Shown piece after piece: positions 1-15,000 of a stretch of DNA of 64,000 bases. Where the stretch lies: NCBI GenBank assembly GCA_964016885.1, contig OZ024741.1, forward strand, positions 153,884,001 to 153,948,000. The letters are read 5' to 3'. The position numbers and the translations under genes were made by a program. The DNA comes from Eledone cirrhosa (lineage: Eukaryota). Within the stretch, counting starts at the first letter, position 1; each line of letters begins with the position of its first letter. Under the pieces are notes generated by a model that saw nothing but the letters and a program-made list of their open reading frames with translations, was not told the DNA's origin and ran no database searches.

Positions 1-3000
1 TCTGGCTGAGTATACCTGATATCTAGCTTGTCTTCCATTTACCTGCTATTATACCCTGATCCTCCCACTTCTGGCTGAGTATACCTGATATCTAGCTTGT
101 GTTCTATTTACCTGCAATTATACCTTGATCTTCCCACTTGTGGCTGAGTATATCTGATATCTAGCTTGTCTTTTCTTTACCTGGTATTATACCTTGATCT
201 TCCCACTTCTGGCTGAGTATACCTGATATCTAGCTTGTCTTCTATTTACCTGCTATTATACCTTCATCTTCCCACTTCTGGCTGAGTATATCTGATATCT
301 AGCTTGTCTTCTATTTACCTGGTATTATACCTTGATCTTCCCACTTCTGGCTGAGTATACCTGATATCTAGCTTGTCTTCTATTTATCTGGTATTATACC
401 TTGATCTTCCCACTTCTGGCTGAATATTCCTGATATCTAGCTTGTCTTCTATTTACCCGGCATTATACCTTGATCCTCCCACTTCTGGCTGAGTATACCT
501 GATATCTAGCTTGTCTTATATTTACCTGCTATTATACCTTGATCTTCCCACTTCCGGCCGAGTATACCTGATATCTAGCTTGTCTTGTATTTACCTGCTA
601 TTATACCTTGATCTTCCAACTTCTGGCTGAGTATAGCTGATATCTAGCTTGTCTTGTATTTACCTGCTATTATACCTTGAACCTCCCACTTCTGGCTGAG
701 TATACATGATATCTAGCTTGTCATCTATTTACCTGCTATTATACCTTGATCTTCCCACTTCTGGCTGAGTATATCTGATATCTAGCTTGTATTCTATTTA
801 ACAGCTATTATACCTTGATCTTCCCACTTCTGGCTGAGTATACCTGATATCTAGCTTGTCTTCTATTTACCTGCTATTATACCTTCATCTTCCCACTTCT
901 GGCTGAGTATATCTGATATCTAGCTTGTCTTCTATTTACCTGGTATTATACCTTGATCTTCCCACTTCTGGCTGAGTATACCTGATATCTAGCTTGTCTT
1001 CTATTTACCTGCTATTATACCTTCATCTTCCCACTTCTGGCTGAGTATACCTGATATCTAGCTTGTATTCTATTTAACAGCTATTATACCTTGATCTCCC
1101 CACTTCTGGCTGAGTATACCTAAATCTAGCTTGTCTTCTATTTACCTTGTATTATGCCTTGATCTTCCCACTTCTGGCTGAGTATACCTGATATCTAGCT
1201 TATCTTCTATTAACTTGCTATTATACCTTGATCTTCCCACTTCTGGCTGAGTATATCTGATATCTAGCTTGTCTTCTATTTACCTGGTATTATACCTTGA
1301 TCTTCCCACTTCTGGCTGAGTATACCTGATATCTTGCTTGTCTTCTATTTACCTGGTATTATACCTTGATCCTCCCACTTCTGGCTGAGTATACCTGATA
1401 TCTAGCTTATCTTCTATTAACCTGCTATTATACCTTGATCTTCCCACTTCTGGCTGAGTATACCTGATATCTAGCTTGTCTTCCATTTACCTGCTATTAT
1501 ACCCTGATCCTCCCACTTCTGGCTGAGTATACCTGATATCTAGCTTGTGTTCTATTTACCTGCTATTATACCTTGATCTTCCCACTTGTGGCTGAGTATA
1601 TCTGATATCTAGCTTGTCTTTTATTTACCTGGTATTATACCTTGATCTTCCCACTTCTGGCTGAGTATACCTGATATCTAGCTTGTCTTCTATTTACCTG
1701 CTATTATACCTTCATCTTCCCACTTCTGGCTGAGTATATCTGATATCTAGCTTGTCTTCTATTTACCTGCTATTATACCTTGATCTTCCCACTTCTGGCT
1801 GAGTATACCTGATATCTAGCTTGTATTCTATTTAACAGCTATTATACCTTGATCTCCCCACTTCTGGCTGAGTATACCTAAATCTAGCTTGTCTTCTATT
1901 TACCTTGTATTATGCCTTGATCTTCCCACTTCTGGCTGAGTATACCTGATATCTAGCTTATCTTCTATTAACTTGCTATTATACCTTGATCTTCCCACTT
2001 CTGGCTGAGTATATCTGATATCTAGCTTCTCTTCTATTTACCTGGTATTATACCTTGATCCTCCCACTTCTGGCTGAGTATACCTGATATCTAGCTTATC
2101 TTCTATTAACCTGCTATTATACCTTGATCTTCCCACTTCTGGCTGAGTATACCTGATATCTAGCTTGTCTTCCATTTACCTGCTATTATACCCTGATCCT
2201 CCCACTTCTGGCTGAGTATACCTGATATCTAGCTTGTGTTATATTTACCTGCTATTATACCTTGATCTTCCCACTTGTGGCTGAGTATATCTGATATCTA
2301 GCTTGTCTTTTATTTACCTGGTATTATACCTTGATCTTCCCACTTCTGGCTGAGTATACCTGATATCTAGCTTGTCTTCTATTTACCTGCTATTATACCT
2401 TCATCTTCCCACTTCTGGCTGAGTATATCTGATATCTAGCTTGTCTTCTATTTACCTGGTATTATACCTTGACCTTCCCACTTCTGGCTGAGTATACCTG
2501 ATATCTAGCTTGTCTTCTATTTATCTGGTATTATACCTTGATCTTCCCACTTCTGGCTGAATATTCCTGATATCTAGCTTGTCTTCTATTTACCCGGCAT
2601 TATACCTTGATCCTCCCACTTCTGGCTGAGTATACCTGATATCTAGCTTGTCTTATATTTACCTGCTATTATACCTTGATCTTCCAACTTCTGGCTGAGT
2701 ATAGCTGATATCTAGCTTGTCTTGTATTTACCTGCTATTATACCTTGAACCTCCCACTTCTGGCTGAGTATACATGATATCTAGCTTGTCATCTATTTAC
2801 TTGGTATTATACCTTGATCTTCCAACTTCTGGCTGAGTATATCTGATATCTAGCTTGTCTTGTATTTACCTGCTATTATACCTTGAACCTCCCACTTCTG
2901 GCTGAGTATACATGATATCTAGCTTGTCATCTATTTACCTGCTATTATACCTTGATCTTCCGACTTCTGGCTGAGTATAGCTGATATCTAGCTTGTCTTG

Positions 3001-6000
3001 TATTTACCTGCTATTATACCTTGAACCTCCCACTTCTGGCTGAGTATACATGATATCTAGCTTGTCATCTATTTACCTGCTATTATACCTTGATCTTCCA
3101 ACTTCTGTCTGAGTATAGCTGATATCTAGCTTGTCTTGTATTTACCTGCTATTATACCTTGAACCTCCCACTTCTGGCTGAGTATACATGCTATCTAGCT
3201 TGTCATCTATTAACCTGCTATTATACCTTGATCTTCCCACTTCTGGCTGAGTATATCTGATATCTAGCTTGTATTCTATTTAACAGCTATTATACCTTGA
3301 TCTTCCCACTTCTGGCTGAGTATACCTGATATCTAGCTTGTCTTCTATTTACCTGCTATTATACCTTGATCCTCCCACTTCTGGCTGAGTATATCTGATA
3401 TCTAGCTTGTCTTCTATTTACCTGGTATTATACCTTGATCTTCCCACTTCTGGCTGAGTATACCTGATATCTAGCTTGTATTCTATTTAACAGCTATTAT
3501 ACCTTGATCTCCCCACTTCTGGCTGAGTATACCTAAATCTAGCTTGTCTTCTATTTACCTTGTATTATGCCTTGATCTTCCCACTTCTGGCTGAGTATAC
3601 CTGATATCTAGCTTATCTTCTATTAACTTGCTATTATACCTTGATCTTCCCACTTCTGGCTGAGTATATCTGATATCTAGCTTGTCTTCTATTTACCTGG
3701 TATTATACCTTGATCTTCCCACTTCTGGCTGAGTATACCTGATATCTAGCTTGTCTTCCATTTACCTGCTATTATACCCTGATCCTTCCACTTCTGGCTG
3801 AGTATACCTGATATCTAGCTTGTGTTCTATTTACCTGCTATTATACCTTGATCTTCCCACTTCTGGCTGAGTATACCTGATATCTAGCTTGTCTTCTATT
3901 TACCTGCTATTATACCTTCATCTTCCCACTTCCGGCCGAGTATACCTGATATCTAGCTTGTCTTGTATTTACCTGCTATTATACTTTGATCTTCCAACTT
4001 CTGGCTGAGTATAGCTGATATCTAGCTTGTCTTGTATTTACCTGCTATTATACCTTGAACCTCCCACTTCTGGCTGAGTATACATGATATCTAGCTTGTC
4101 ATCTATTTACCTGCTATTATACCTTGATCTTCCCACTTCTGGCTGAGTATATCTGATATCTAGCTTGTATTCTATTTAACAGCTATTATACCTTGATCTT
4201 CCCACTTCTGGCTGAGTATACCTGATATCTAGCTTGTCTTCTATTTACCTGCTATTATACCTTCATCTTCCCACTTCTGGCTGAGTATATCTGATATCTA
4301 GCTTGTCTTCTATTTACCTGGTATTATACCTTCATCTTCCCACTTCTGGCTGAGTATACCTGATATCTAGCTTGTCTTCTATTTACCTGCTATTATACCT
4401 TCATCTTCCCACTTCTGGCTGAGTATACCTGATATCTAGCTTGTATTCTATTTAACAGCTATTATACCTTGATCTCCCCACTTCTGGCTGAGTATACCTA
4501 AATCTAGCTTGTCTTCTATTTACCTTGTATTATGCCTTGATCTTCCCACTTCTGGCTGAGTATACCTGATATCTAGCTTATCTTCTATTAACTTGCTATT
4601 ATACCTTGATCTTCCCACTTCTGGCTGAGTATATCTGATATCTAGCTTGTCTTCTATTTACCTGGTATTATACCTTGATCTTCCCACTTCTGGCTGAGTA
4701 TACCTGATATCTTGCTTGTCTTCTATTTACCTGGTATTATACCTTGATCCTCCCACTTCTGGCTGAGTATACCTGATATCTAGCTTATCTTCTATTAACC
4801 TGCTATTATACCTTGATCTTCCCACTTCTGGCTGAGTATACCTGATATCTAGCTTGTCTTCCATTTACCTGCTATTATACCCTGATCCTCCCACTTCTGG
4901 CTGAGTATACCTGATATCTAGCTTGTGTTCTATTTACCTGCTATTATACCTTGTTCTTCCCACTTGTGGCTGAGTATATCTGATATCTAGCTTGTCTTTT
5001 ATTTACCTGGTATTATACCTTGATCTTCCCACTTCTGGCTGAGTATACCTGATATCTAGCTTGTCTTCTATTTACCTGGTATTATACCTTGATCTTCCCA
5101 CTTCTGGCTGAGTATACCTGATATCTAGCTTGTCTTCTATTTATCTGGTATTATACCTTGATCTTCCCACTTCTGGCTGAATATTCCTGATATCTAGCTT
5201 GTCTTCTATTTACCCGGCATTATACCTTGATCCTCCCACTTCTGGCCGAGTATACCTGATATCTAGCTTGTCTTATATTTACCTGCTATTATACCTTGAT
5301 CTTCCCACTTCCGGCCGAGTATACCTGATATCTAGCTTGTCTTGTATTTACCTGCTATTATACCTTGATCTTCCAACTTCTGGCTGAGTATAGCTGATAT
5401 CTAGCTTGTCTTGTATTTACCTGCTATTATACCTTGATCTTCCAACTTCTGGCTGAGTATAGCTGATATCTAGCTTGTCTTGTATTTACCTGCAATTATA
5501 CCTTGAACCTCCCACTTCTGGCTGAGTATACATATCTAGCTTGTCATCTAATTACCTGCTATTATACCTTGATCTTCCAACTTCTGGCTGAGTATAGCTG
5601 ATATCTAGCTTGTCTTGTATTTACCTGCTATTATACCTTGAACCTCCCACTTCTGGCTCAGTATACATGATATCTAGCTTGTCAACTATTCACCTGCTAT
5701 TATACCTTGATCTTCCCACTTCTGGCTGAGTATATCTGATATCTAGCTTGTATTCTATTTAATAGCTATTATACCTTGATCTTCCCACTTCTGGCTGAGT
5801 ATATCTGATATCTAGCTTGTCTTCTATTTACCTGGTATTATACCTTGATCTTCCCACTTCTGGCTGAGTATACCTAAATCTAGCTTGTCTTCTATTTACC
5901 TTGTATTATGCCTTGATCTTCCCACTTCTGGCTGAGTATACCTGATATCTGGCTTATCTTCTATCAACTTGCTATTATACCTTGATCTTCCCACTTCTGG

Positions 6001-9000
6001 CTGAGTATATCTGATATCTAGCTTGTCTTCTATTTACCTGGTATTATACCTTGATCTTCCCACTTCTGGCTGAGTATATATGATATCTAGCTTGTCTTCT
6101 ATTTACCTGGTATTATACCTTGATCCTCCCACTTCTGGCTGAGTATACCTGATATCTAGCTTATCTTCTATTAACCTGCTATTATACCTTGATCTTCCCA
6201 CTTCTGGCTGAGTATACCTGATATCTAGCTTGTCTTCCATTTACCTGCTATTATACCCTGATCCTCCCACTTCTGGCTGAGTATACCTGATATCTAGCTT
6301 GTGTTCTATTTACCTGCAATTATACCTTGATCTTCCCACTTGTGGCTGAGTATATCTGATATCTAGCTTGTCTTTTCTTTACCTGGTATTATACCTTGAT
6401 CTTCCCACTTCTGGCTGAGTATACCTGATATCTAGCTTGTCTTCTATTTACCTGCTATTATACCTTCATCTTCCCACTTCTGGCTGAGTATATCTGATAT
6501 CTAGCTTGTCTTCTATTTACCTGGTATTATACCTTGATCTTCCCACTTCTGGCTGAGTATACCTGATATCTAGCTTGTCTTCTATTTATCTGGTATTATA
6601 CCTTGATCTTCCCACTTCTGGCTGAATATTCCTGATATCTAGCTTGTCTTCTATTTACCCGGCATTATACCTTGATCCTCCCACTTCTGGCTGAGTATAC
6701 CTGATATCTAGCTTGTCTTATATTTACCTGCTATTATACCTTGATCTTCCCACTTCCGGCCGAGTATACCTGATATCTAGCTTGTCTTGTATTTACCTGC
6801 TATTATACCTTGATCTTCCAACTTCTGGCTGAGTATAGCTGATATCTAGCTTGTCTTGTATTTACCTGCTATTATACCTTGAACCTCCCACTTCTGGCTG
6901 AGTATACATGATATCTAGCTTGTCATCTATTTACCTGCTATTATACCTTGATCTTCCCACTTCTGGCTGAGTATATCTGATATCTAGCTTGTATTCTATT
7001 TAACAGCTATTATACCTTGATCTTCCCACTTCTGGCTGAGTATACCTGATATCTAGCTTGTCTTCTATTTACCTGCTATTATACCTTCATCTTCCCACTT
7101 CTGGCTGAGTATATCTGATATCTATCTTGTCTTCTATTTACCTGGTATTATACCTTGATCTTCCCACTTCTGGCTGAGTATACCTGATATCTAGCTTGTC
7201 TTCTATTTACCTGCTATTATACCTTCATCTTCCCACTTCTGGCTGAGTATACCTGATATCTAGCTTGTATTCTATTTAACAGCTATTATACCTTGATCTC
7301 CCCACTTCTGGCTGAGTATACCTAAATCTAGCTTGTCTTCTATTTACCTTGTATTATGCCTTGATCTTCCCACTTCTGGCTGAGTATACCTGATATCTAG
7401 CTTATCTTCTATTAACTTGCTATTATACCTTGATCTTCCCACTTCTGGCTGAGTATATCTGATATCTAGCTTGTCTTCTATTTACCTGGTATTATACCTT
7501 GATCTTCCCACTTCTGGCTGAGTATACCTGATATTTTGCTTGTCTTCTATTTACCTGGTATTATACCTTGATCCTCCCACTTCTGGCTGAGTATACCTGA
7601 TATCTAGCTTATCTTCTATTAACCTGCTATTATACCTTGATCTTCCCACTTCTGGCTGAGTATACCTGATATCTAGCTTGTCTTCCATTTACCTGCTATT
7701 ATACCCTGATCCTCCCACTTCTGGCTGAGTATACCTGATATCTAGCTTGTGTTCTATTTACCTGCTATTATACCTTGATCTTCCCACTTGTGGCTGAGTA
7801 TATCTGATATCTAGCTTGTCTTTTATTTACCTGGTATTATACCTTGATCTTCCCACTTCTGGCTGAGTATACCTGATATCTAGCTTGTCTTCTATTTACC
7901 TGCTATTATACCTTCATCTTCCCACTTCTGGCTGAGTATAACTGATATCTAGCTTGTCTTCTATTTACCTGGTATTATACCTTGATCTTCCCACTTCTGG
8001 CTGAGTATACCTGATATCTAGCTTGTCTTCTATTTATCTGGTATTATACCTTGATCTTCCCACTTCTGGCTGAATATTCCTGATATCTAGCTTGTCTTCT
8101 ATTTACCCGGCATTATACCTTGATCTTCCCACTTCTGGCTGAGTATACCTGATATCTAGCTTGTGTTCTATTTACCTGCTATTATACCTTGATCTTCCCA
8201 CTTGTGGCTGAGTATATCTGATATCTAGCTTGTCTTTTATTTACCTGGTATTATACCTTGATCTTCCCACTTCTGGCTGAGTATACCTGATATCTAGCTT
8301 GTCTTCTATTTACCTGCTATTATACCTTCATCTTCCCACTTCTGGCTGAGTATATCTGATATCTAGCTTGTCTTCTATTTACCTGCTATTATACCTTGAT
8401 CTTCCCACTTCTGGCTGAGTATACCTGATATCTAGCTTGTATTCTATTTAACAGCTATTATACCTTGATCTCCCCACTTCTGGCTGAGTATACCTAAATC
8501 TAGCTTGTCTTCTGTTTACCTTGTATTATGCCTTGATCTTCCCACTTCTGGCTGAGTATACCTGATATCTAGCTTATCTTCTATTAACTTGCTATTATAC
8601 CTTGATCTTCCCACTTCTGGCTGAGTATATCTGATATCTAGCTTCTCTTCTATTTACCTGGTATTATACCTTGATCCTCCCACTTCTGGCTGAGTATACC
8701 TGATATCTAGCTTATCTTCTATTAACCTGCTATTATACCTTGATCTTCCCACTTCTGGCTGAGTATACCTGATATCTAGCTTGTCTTCCATTTACCTGCT
8801 ATTATACCCTGATCCTCCCACTTCTGGCTGAGTATACCTGATATCTAGCTTGTGTTATATTTACCTGCTATTATACCTTGATCTTCCCACTTGTGGCTGA
8901 GTATATCTGATATCTAGCTTGTCTTTTATTTACCTGGTATTATACCTTCATCTTCCCACTTCTGGCTGAGTATATCTGATATCTAGCTTGTCTTCTATTT

Positions 9001-12000
9001 ACCTGGTATTATACCTTGACCTTCCCACTTCTGGCTGAGTATACCTGATATCTAGCTTGTCTTCTATTTATCTGGTATTATACCTTGATCTTCCCACTTC
9101 TGGCTGAATATTCCTGATATCTAGCTTGTCTTCTATTTACCCGGCATTATACCTTGATCCTCCCACTTCTGGCTGAGTATACCTGATATCTAGCTTGTCT
9201 TATATTTACCTGCTATTATACCTTGATCTTCCAACTTCTGGCTGAGTATAGCTGATATCTAGCTTGTCTTGTATTTACCTGCTATTATACCTTGAACCTC
9301 CCACTTCTGGCTGAGTATAAATGATATCTAGCTTGTCATCTATTTACTTGGTATTATACCTTGATCTTCCAACTTCTGGCTGAGTATATCTGATATCTAG
9401 CTTGTCTTGTATTTACCTGCTATTATACCTTGAACCTCCCACTTCTGGCTGAGTATACATGATATCTAGCTTGTCATCTATTTACCTGCTATTATACCTT
9501 GATCTTCCGACTTCTGGCTGAGTATAGCTGATATCTAGCTTGTCTTGTATTTACCTGCTATTATACCTTGAACCTCCCACTTCTGGCTGAGTATACATGA
9601 TATCTAGCTTGTCATCTATTTACCTGCTATTATACCTTGATCTTCCAACTTCTGTCTGAGTATAGCTGATATCTAGCTTGTCTTGTATTTACCTGCTATT
9701 ATACCTTGAACCTCCCACTTCTGGCTGAGTATACATGCTATCTAGCTTGTCATCTATTAACCTGCTATTATACCTTGATCTTCCCACTTCTGGCTGAGTA
9801 TATCTGATATCTAGCTTGTATTCTATTTAACAGCTATTATACCTTGATCTTCCCACTTCTGGCTGAGTATACCTGATATCTAGCTTGTCTTCTATTTACC
9901 TGCTATTATACCTTGATCCTCCCACTTCTGGCTGAGTATATCTGATATCTAGCTTGTCTTCTATTTACCTGGTATTATACCTTGATCTTCCCACTTCTGG
10001 CTGAGTATACCTGATATCTAGCTTGTATTCTATTTAACAGCTATTATACCTTGATCTCCCCACTTCTGGCTGAGTATACCTAAATCTAGCTTGTCTTCTA
10101 TTTACCTTGTATTATGCCTTGATCTTCCCAGTTCTGGCTGAGTATACCTGATATCTAGCTTATCTTCTATTAACTTGCTATTATACCTTGATCTTCCCAC
10201 TTCTGGCTGAGTATATCTGATATCTAGCTTGTCTTCTATTTACCTGGTATTATACCTTGATCTTCCCACTTCTGGCTGAGTATACCTGATATCTAGCTTG
10301 TCTTCCATTTACCTGCTATTATACCCTGATCCTTCCGCTTCTGGCTGAGTATACCTGATATCTAGCTTGTGTTCTATTTACCTGCTATTATACCTTGATC
10401 TTCCCACTTCTGGCTGAGTATACCTGATATCTAGCTTGTCTTCTATTTACCTGCTATTATACCTTCATCTTCCCACTTCCGGCCGAGTATACCTGATATC
10501 TAGCTTGTCTTGTATTTACCTGCTATTATACTTTGATCTTCCAACTTCTGGCTGAGTATAGCTGATATCTAGCTTGTCTTGTATTTACCTGCTATTATAC
10601 CTTGAACCTCCCACTTCTGGCTGAGTATACATGATATCTAGCTTGTCATCTATTTACCTGCTATTATACCTTGATCTTCCCACTTCTGGCTGAGTATATC
10701 TGATATCTAGCTTGTATTCTATTTAACAGCTATTATACCTTGATCTTCCCACTTCTGGCTGAGTATACCTGATATCTAGCTTGTCTTCTATTTACCTGCT
10801 ATTATACCTTCATCTTCCCACTTCTGGCTGAGTATATCTGATATCTAGCTTGTCTTCTATTTACCTGGTATTATACCTTGATCTTCCCACTTCTGGCTGA
10901 GTATACCTGATATCTAGCTTGTCTTCTATTTACCTGCTATTATACCTTCATCTTCCCACTTCTGGCTGAGTATACCTGATATCTAGCTTGTATTCTATTT
11001 AACAGCTATTATACCTTGATCTCCCCACTTCTGGCTGAGTATACCTAAATCTAGCTTGTCTTCTATTTACCTTGTATTATGCCTTGATCTTCCCACTTCT
11101 GGCTGAGTATACCTGATATCTAGCTTATCTTCTATTAACTTGCTATTATACCTTGATCTTCCCACTTCTGGCTGAGTATATCTGATATCTAGCTTGTCTT
11201 CTATTTACCTGGTATTATACCTTGATCTTCCCACTTCTGGCTGAGTATACCTGATATCTTGCTTGTCTTCTATTTACCTGGTATTATACCTTGATCCTCC
11301 CACTTCTGGCTGAGTATACCTGATATCTAGCTTATCTTCTATTAACCTGCTATTATACCTTGATCTTCCCACTTCTGGCTGAGTATACCTGATATCTAGC
11401 TTGTCTTCCATTTACCTGCTATTATACCCTGATCCTCCCACTTCTGGCTGAGTATACCTGATATCTAGCTTGTGTTCTATTTACCTGCTATTATACCTTG
11501 ATCTTCCCACTTGTGGCTGAGTATATCTGATATCTAGCTTGTCTTTTATTTACCTGGTATTATACCTTGATCTTCCCACTTCTGGCTGAGTATACCTGAT
11601 ATCTAGCTTGTCTTCTATTTACCTGGTATTATACCTTGATCTTCCCACTTCTGGCTGAGTATACCTGATATCTAGCTTGTCTTCTATTTATCTGGTATTA
11701 TACCTTGATCTTCCCACTTCTGGCTGAATATTCCTGATATCTAGCTTGTCTTCTATTTACCCGGCATTATACCTTGATCCTCCCACTTCTGGCCGAGTAT
11801 ACCTGATATCTAGCTTGTCTTATATTTACCTGCTATTATACCTTGATCTTCCCACTTCCGGCCGAGTATACCTGATATCTAGCTTGTCTTGTATTTACCT
11901 GCTATTATACCTTGATCTTCCAACTTCTGGCTGAGTATAGCTGATATCTAGCTTGTCTTGTATTTACCTGCTATTATACCTTGATCTTCCAACTTCTGGC

Positions 12001-15000
12001 TGAGTATAGCTGATATCTAGCTTGTCTTGTATTTACCTGCAATTATACCTTGAACCTCCCACTTCTGGCTGAGTATACATATCTAGCTTGTCATCTAATT
12101 ACCTGCTATTATACCTTGATCTTCCAACTTCTGGCTGAGTATAGCTGATATCTAGCTTGTCTTGTATTTACCTGCTATTATACCTTGAACCTCCCACTTC
12201 TGGCTCAGTATACATGATATCTAGCTTGTCAACTATTTACCTGCTATTATACCTTGATCTTCCCACTTCTGGCTGAGTATATCTGATATCTAGCTTGTAT
12301 TCTATTTAATAGCTATTATACCTTGATCTTCCCACTTCTGGCTGAGTATATCTGATATCTAGCTTGTCTTCTATTTACCTGGTATTATACCTTGATCTTC
12401 CCACTTCTGGCTGAGTATACCTGATATCTAGCTTGTCTTCTATTTACCTGCTATTATACCTTCATCTTCCCACTTCTGGCTGAGTAAACCTGATATCTAG
12501 CTTGTCTTCTATTTACCTGCTATTATACCTTCATCTTCCCACTTCTGGCTGAGTATATCTGAAATCTAGCTTGTCTTCTATTTACCTGCTATTATACCTT
12601 CATCTTCCCACTTCTGGCTGAGTATACCTAAATCTAGCTTGTCTTCTATTTACCTTGTATTATGCCTTGATCTTCCCACTTCTGGCTGAGTATACCTGAT
12701 ATCTAGCTTATCTTCTATTAACCTGCTATTATACCTTGATCTTCCCACTTCTGGCTGAGTATATCTGATATCTAGCTTGTCTTCTATTTACCTGGTATTA
12801 TACCTTGATCTTCCCACTTCTGGCTGAGTATACCTGATATCTAGCTTGTCTTCTATTTACCTGGTATTATACCTTGATCCTCCCACTTCTGGCTGAGTAT
12901 ACCTGATATCTAGCTTATCTTCTATTAACCTGCTATTATACCTTGATCTTCCCACTTCTGGCTGAGTATACCTGATATCTAGCTTGTCTTCCATTTACCT
13001 GCTATTATACCCTGATCCTCCCACTTCTGGCTGAGTATACCTGATATCTAGCTTGTCTTCTATTTACCTGCTATTATACCTTGATCTTCCCACTTGTGGC
13101 TGAGTATATCTGATATCTAGCTTGTCTTTTATTTACCTGGTATTATACCTTGATCTTCCCACTTCTGGCTGAGTATACCTGATATCTAGCTTGTCTTCTA
13201 TTTACCTGCTATTATACCTTCATCTTCCCACTTCTGGCTGAGTATATCTGATATCTAGCTTGTCTTCTATTTACCTGGTATTATACCTTGATCTTCCCAC
13301 TTCTGGCTGAGTATACCTGATATCTAGCTTGTCTTCTATTTATCTGGTATTATACCTTGATCTTCCCACTTCTGGCTGAATATTCCTGATATCTAGCTTG
13401 TCTTCTATTTACCTGGTATTATACCTTGATCTTCCCACTTCTGGCTGAGTATACCTGATATCTAGCTTGTCTTCTATTTACCTGGTATTATACCTTGATC
13501 CTCCCACTTCTGGCTGAGTATACCTGATATCTAGCTTATCTTCTATTAACCTGCTATTATACCTTGATCTTCCCACTTCTGGCTGAGTATACCTGATATC
13601 TAGCTTGTCTTCCATTTACCTGCTATTATACCCTGATCCTCCCACTTCTGGCTGAGTATACCTGATATCTAGCTTGTGTTCTATTTACCTGCTATTATAC
13701 CTTGATCTTCCCACTTGTGGCTGAGTATATCTGATATCTAGCTTGTCTTTTATTTACCTGGTATTATACCTTGATCTTCCCACTTCTGGCTGAGTATACC
13801 TGATATCTAGCTTGTCTTCTATTTACCTGGTATTATACCTTGATCTTCCCACTTCTGGCTGAGTATACCTGATATCTAGCTTGTCTTCTATTTATCTGGT
13901 ATTATACCTTGATCTTCCCACTTCTGGCTGAATATTCCTGATATCTAGCTTGTCTTCTATTTACCCGGCATTATACCTTGATCCTCCCACTTCTGGCCGA
14001 GTATACCTGATATCTAGCTTGTCTTATATTTACCTGCTATTATACCTTGATCTTCCCACTTCCGGCCGAGTATACCTGATATCTAGCTTGTCTTGTATTT
14101 ACCTGCTATTATACCTTGATCTTCCAACTTCTGGCTGAGTATAGCTGATATCTAGCTTGTCTTGTATTTACCTGCTATTATACCTTGATCTTCCAACTTC
14201 TGGCTGAGTATAGCTGATATCTAGCTTGTCTTGTATTTACCTGCAATTATACCTTGAACCTCCCACTTCTGGCTGAGTATACATATCTAGCTTGTCATCT
14301 AATTACCTGCTATTATACCTTGATCTTCCAACTTCTGGCTGAGTATAGCTGATATCTAGCTTGTCTTGTATTTACCTGCTATTATACCTTGAACCTCCCA
14401 CTTCTGGCTCAGTATACATGATATCTAGCTTGTCAACTATTTACCTGCTATTATACCTTGATCTTCCCACTTCTGGCTGAGTATATCTGATATCTAGCTT
14501 GTATTCTATTTAATAGCTATTATACCTTGATCTTCCCACTTCTGGCTGAGTATATCTGATATCTAGCTTGTCTTCTATTTACCTGGTATTATACCTTGAT
14601 CTTCCCACTTCTGGCTGAGTATACCTGATATCTAGCTTGTCTTCTATTTACCTGCTATTATACCTTCATCTTCCCACTTCTGGCTGAGTAAACCTGATAT
14701 CTAGCTTGTCTTCTATTTACCTGCTATTATACCTTCATCTTCCCACTTCTGGCTGAGTATATCTGAAATCTAGCTTGTCTTCTATTTACCTGCTATTATA
14801 CCTTCATCTTCCCACTTCTGGCTGAGTATACCTAAATCTAGCTTGTCTTCTATTTACCTTGTATTATGCCTTGATCTTCCCACTTCTGGCTGAGTATACC
14901 TGATATCTAGCTTATCTTCTATTAACCTGCTATTATACCTTGATCTTCCCACTTCTGGCTGAGTATATCTGATATCTAGCTTGTCTTCTATTTACCTGGT

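Noticed and set aside
1-69. Hammerhead-containing satellite (as in newt or schistosome satellites)
   Set aside because: The monomer has CTGAGTA and CTGATAT but no CTGANGA and no GAAA core on either strand.
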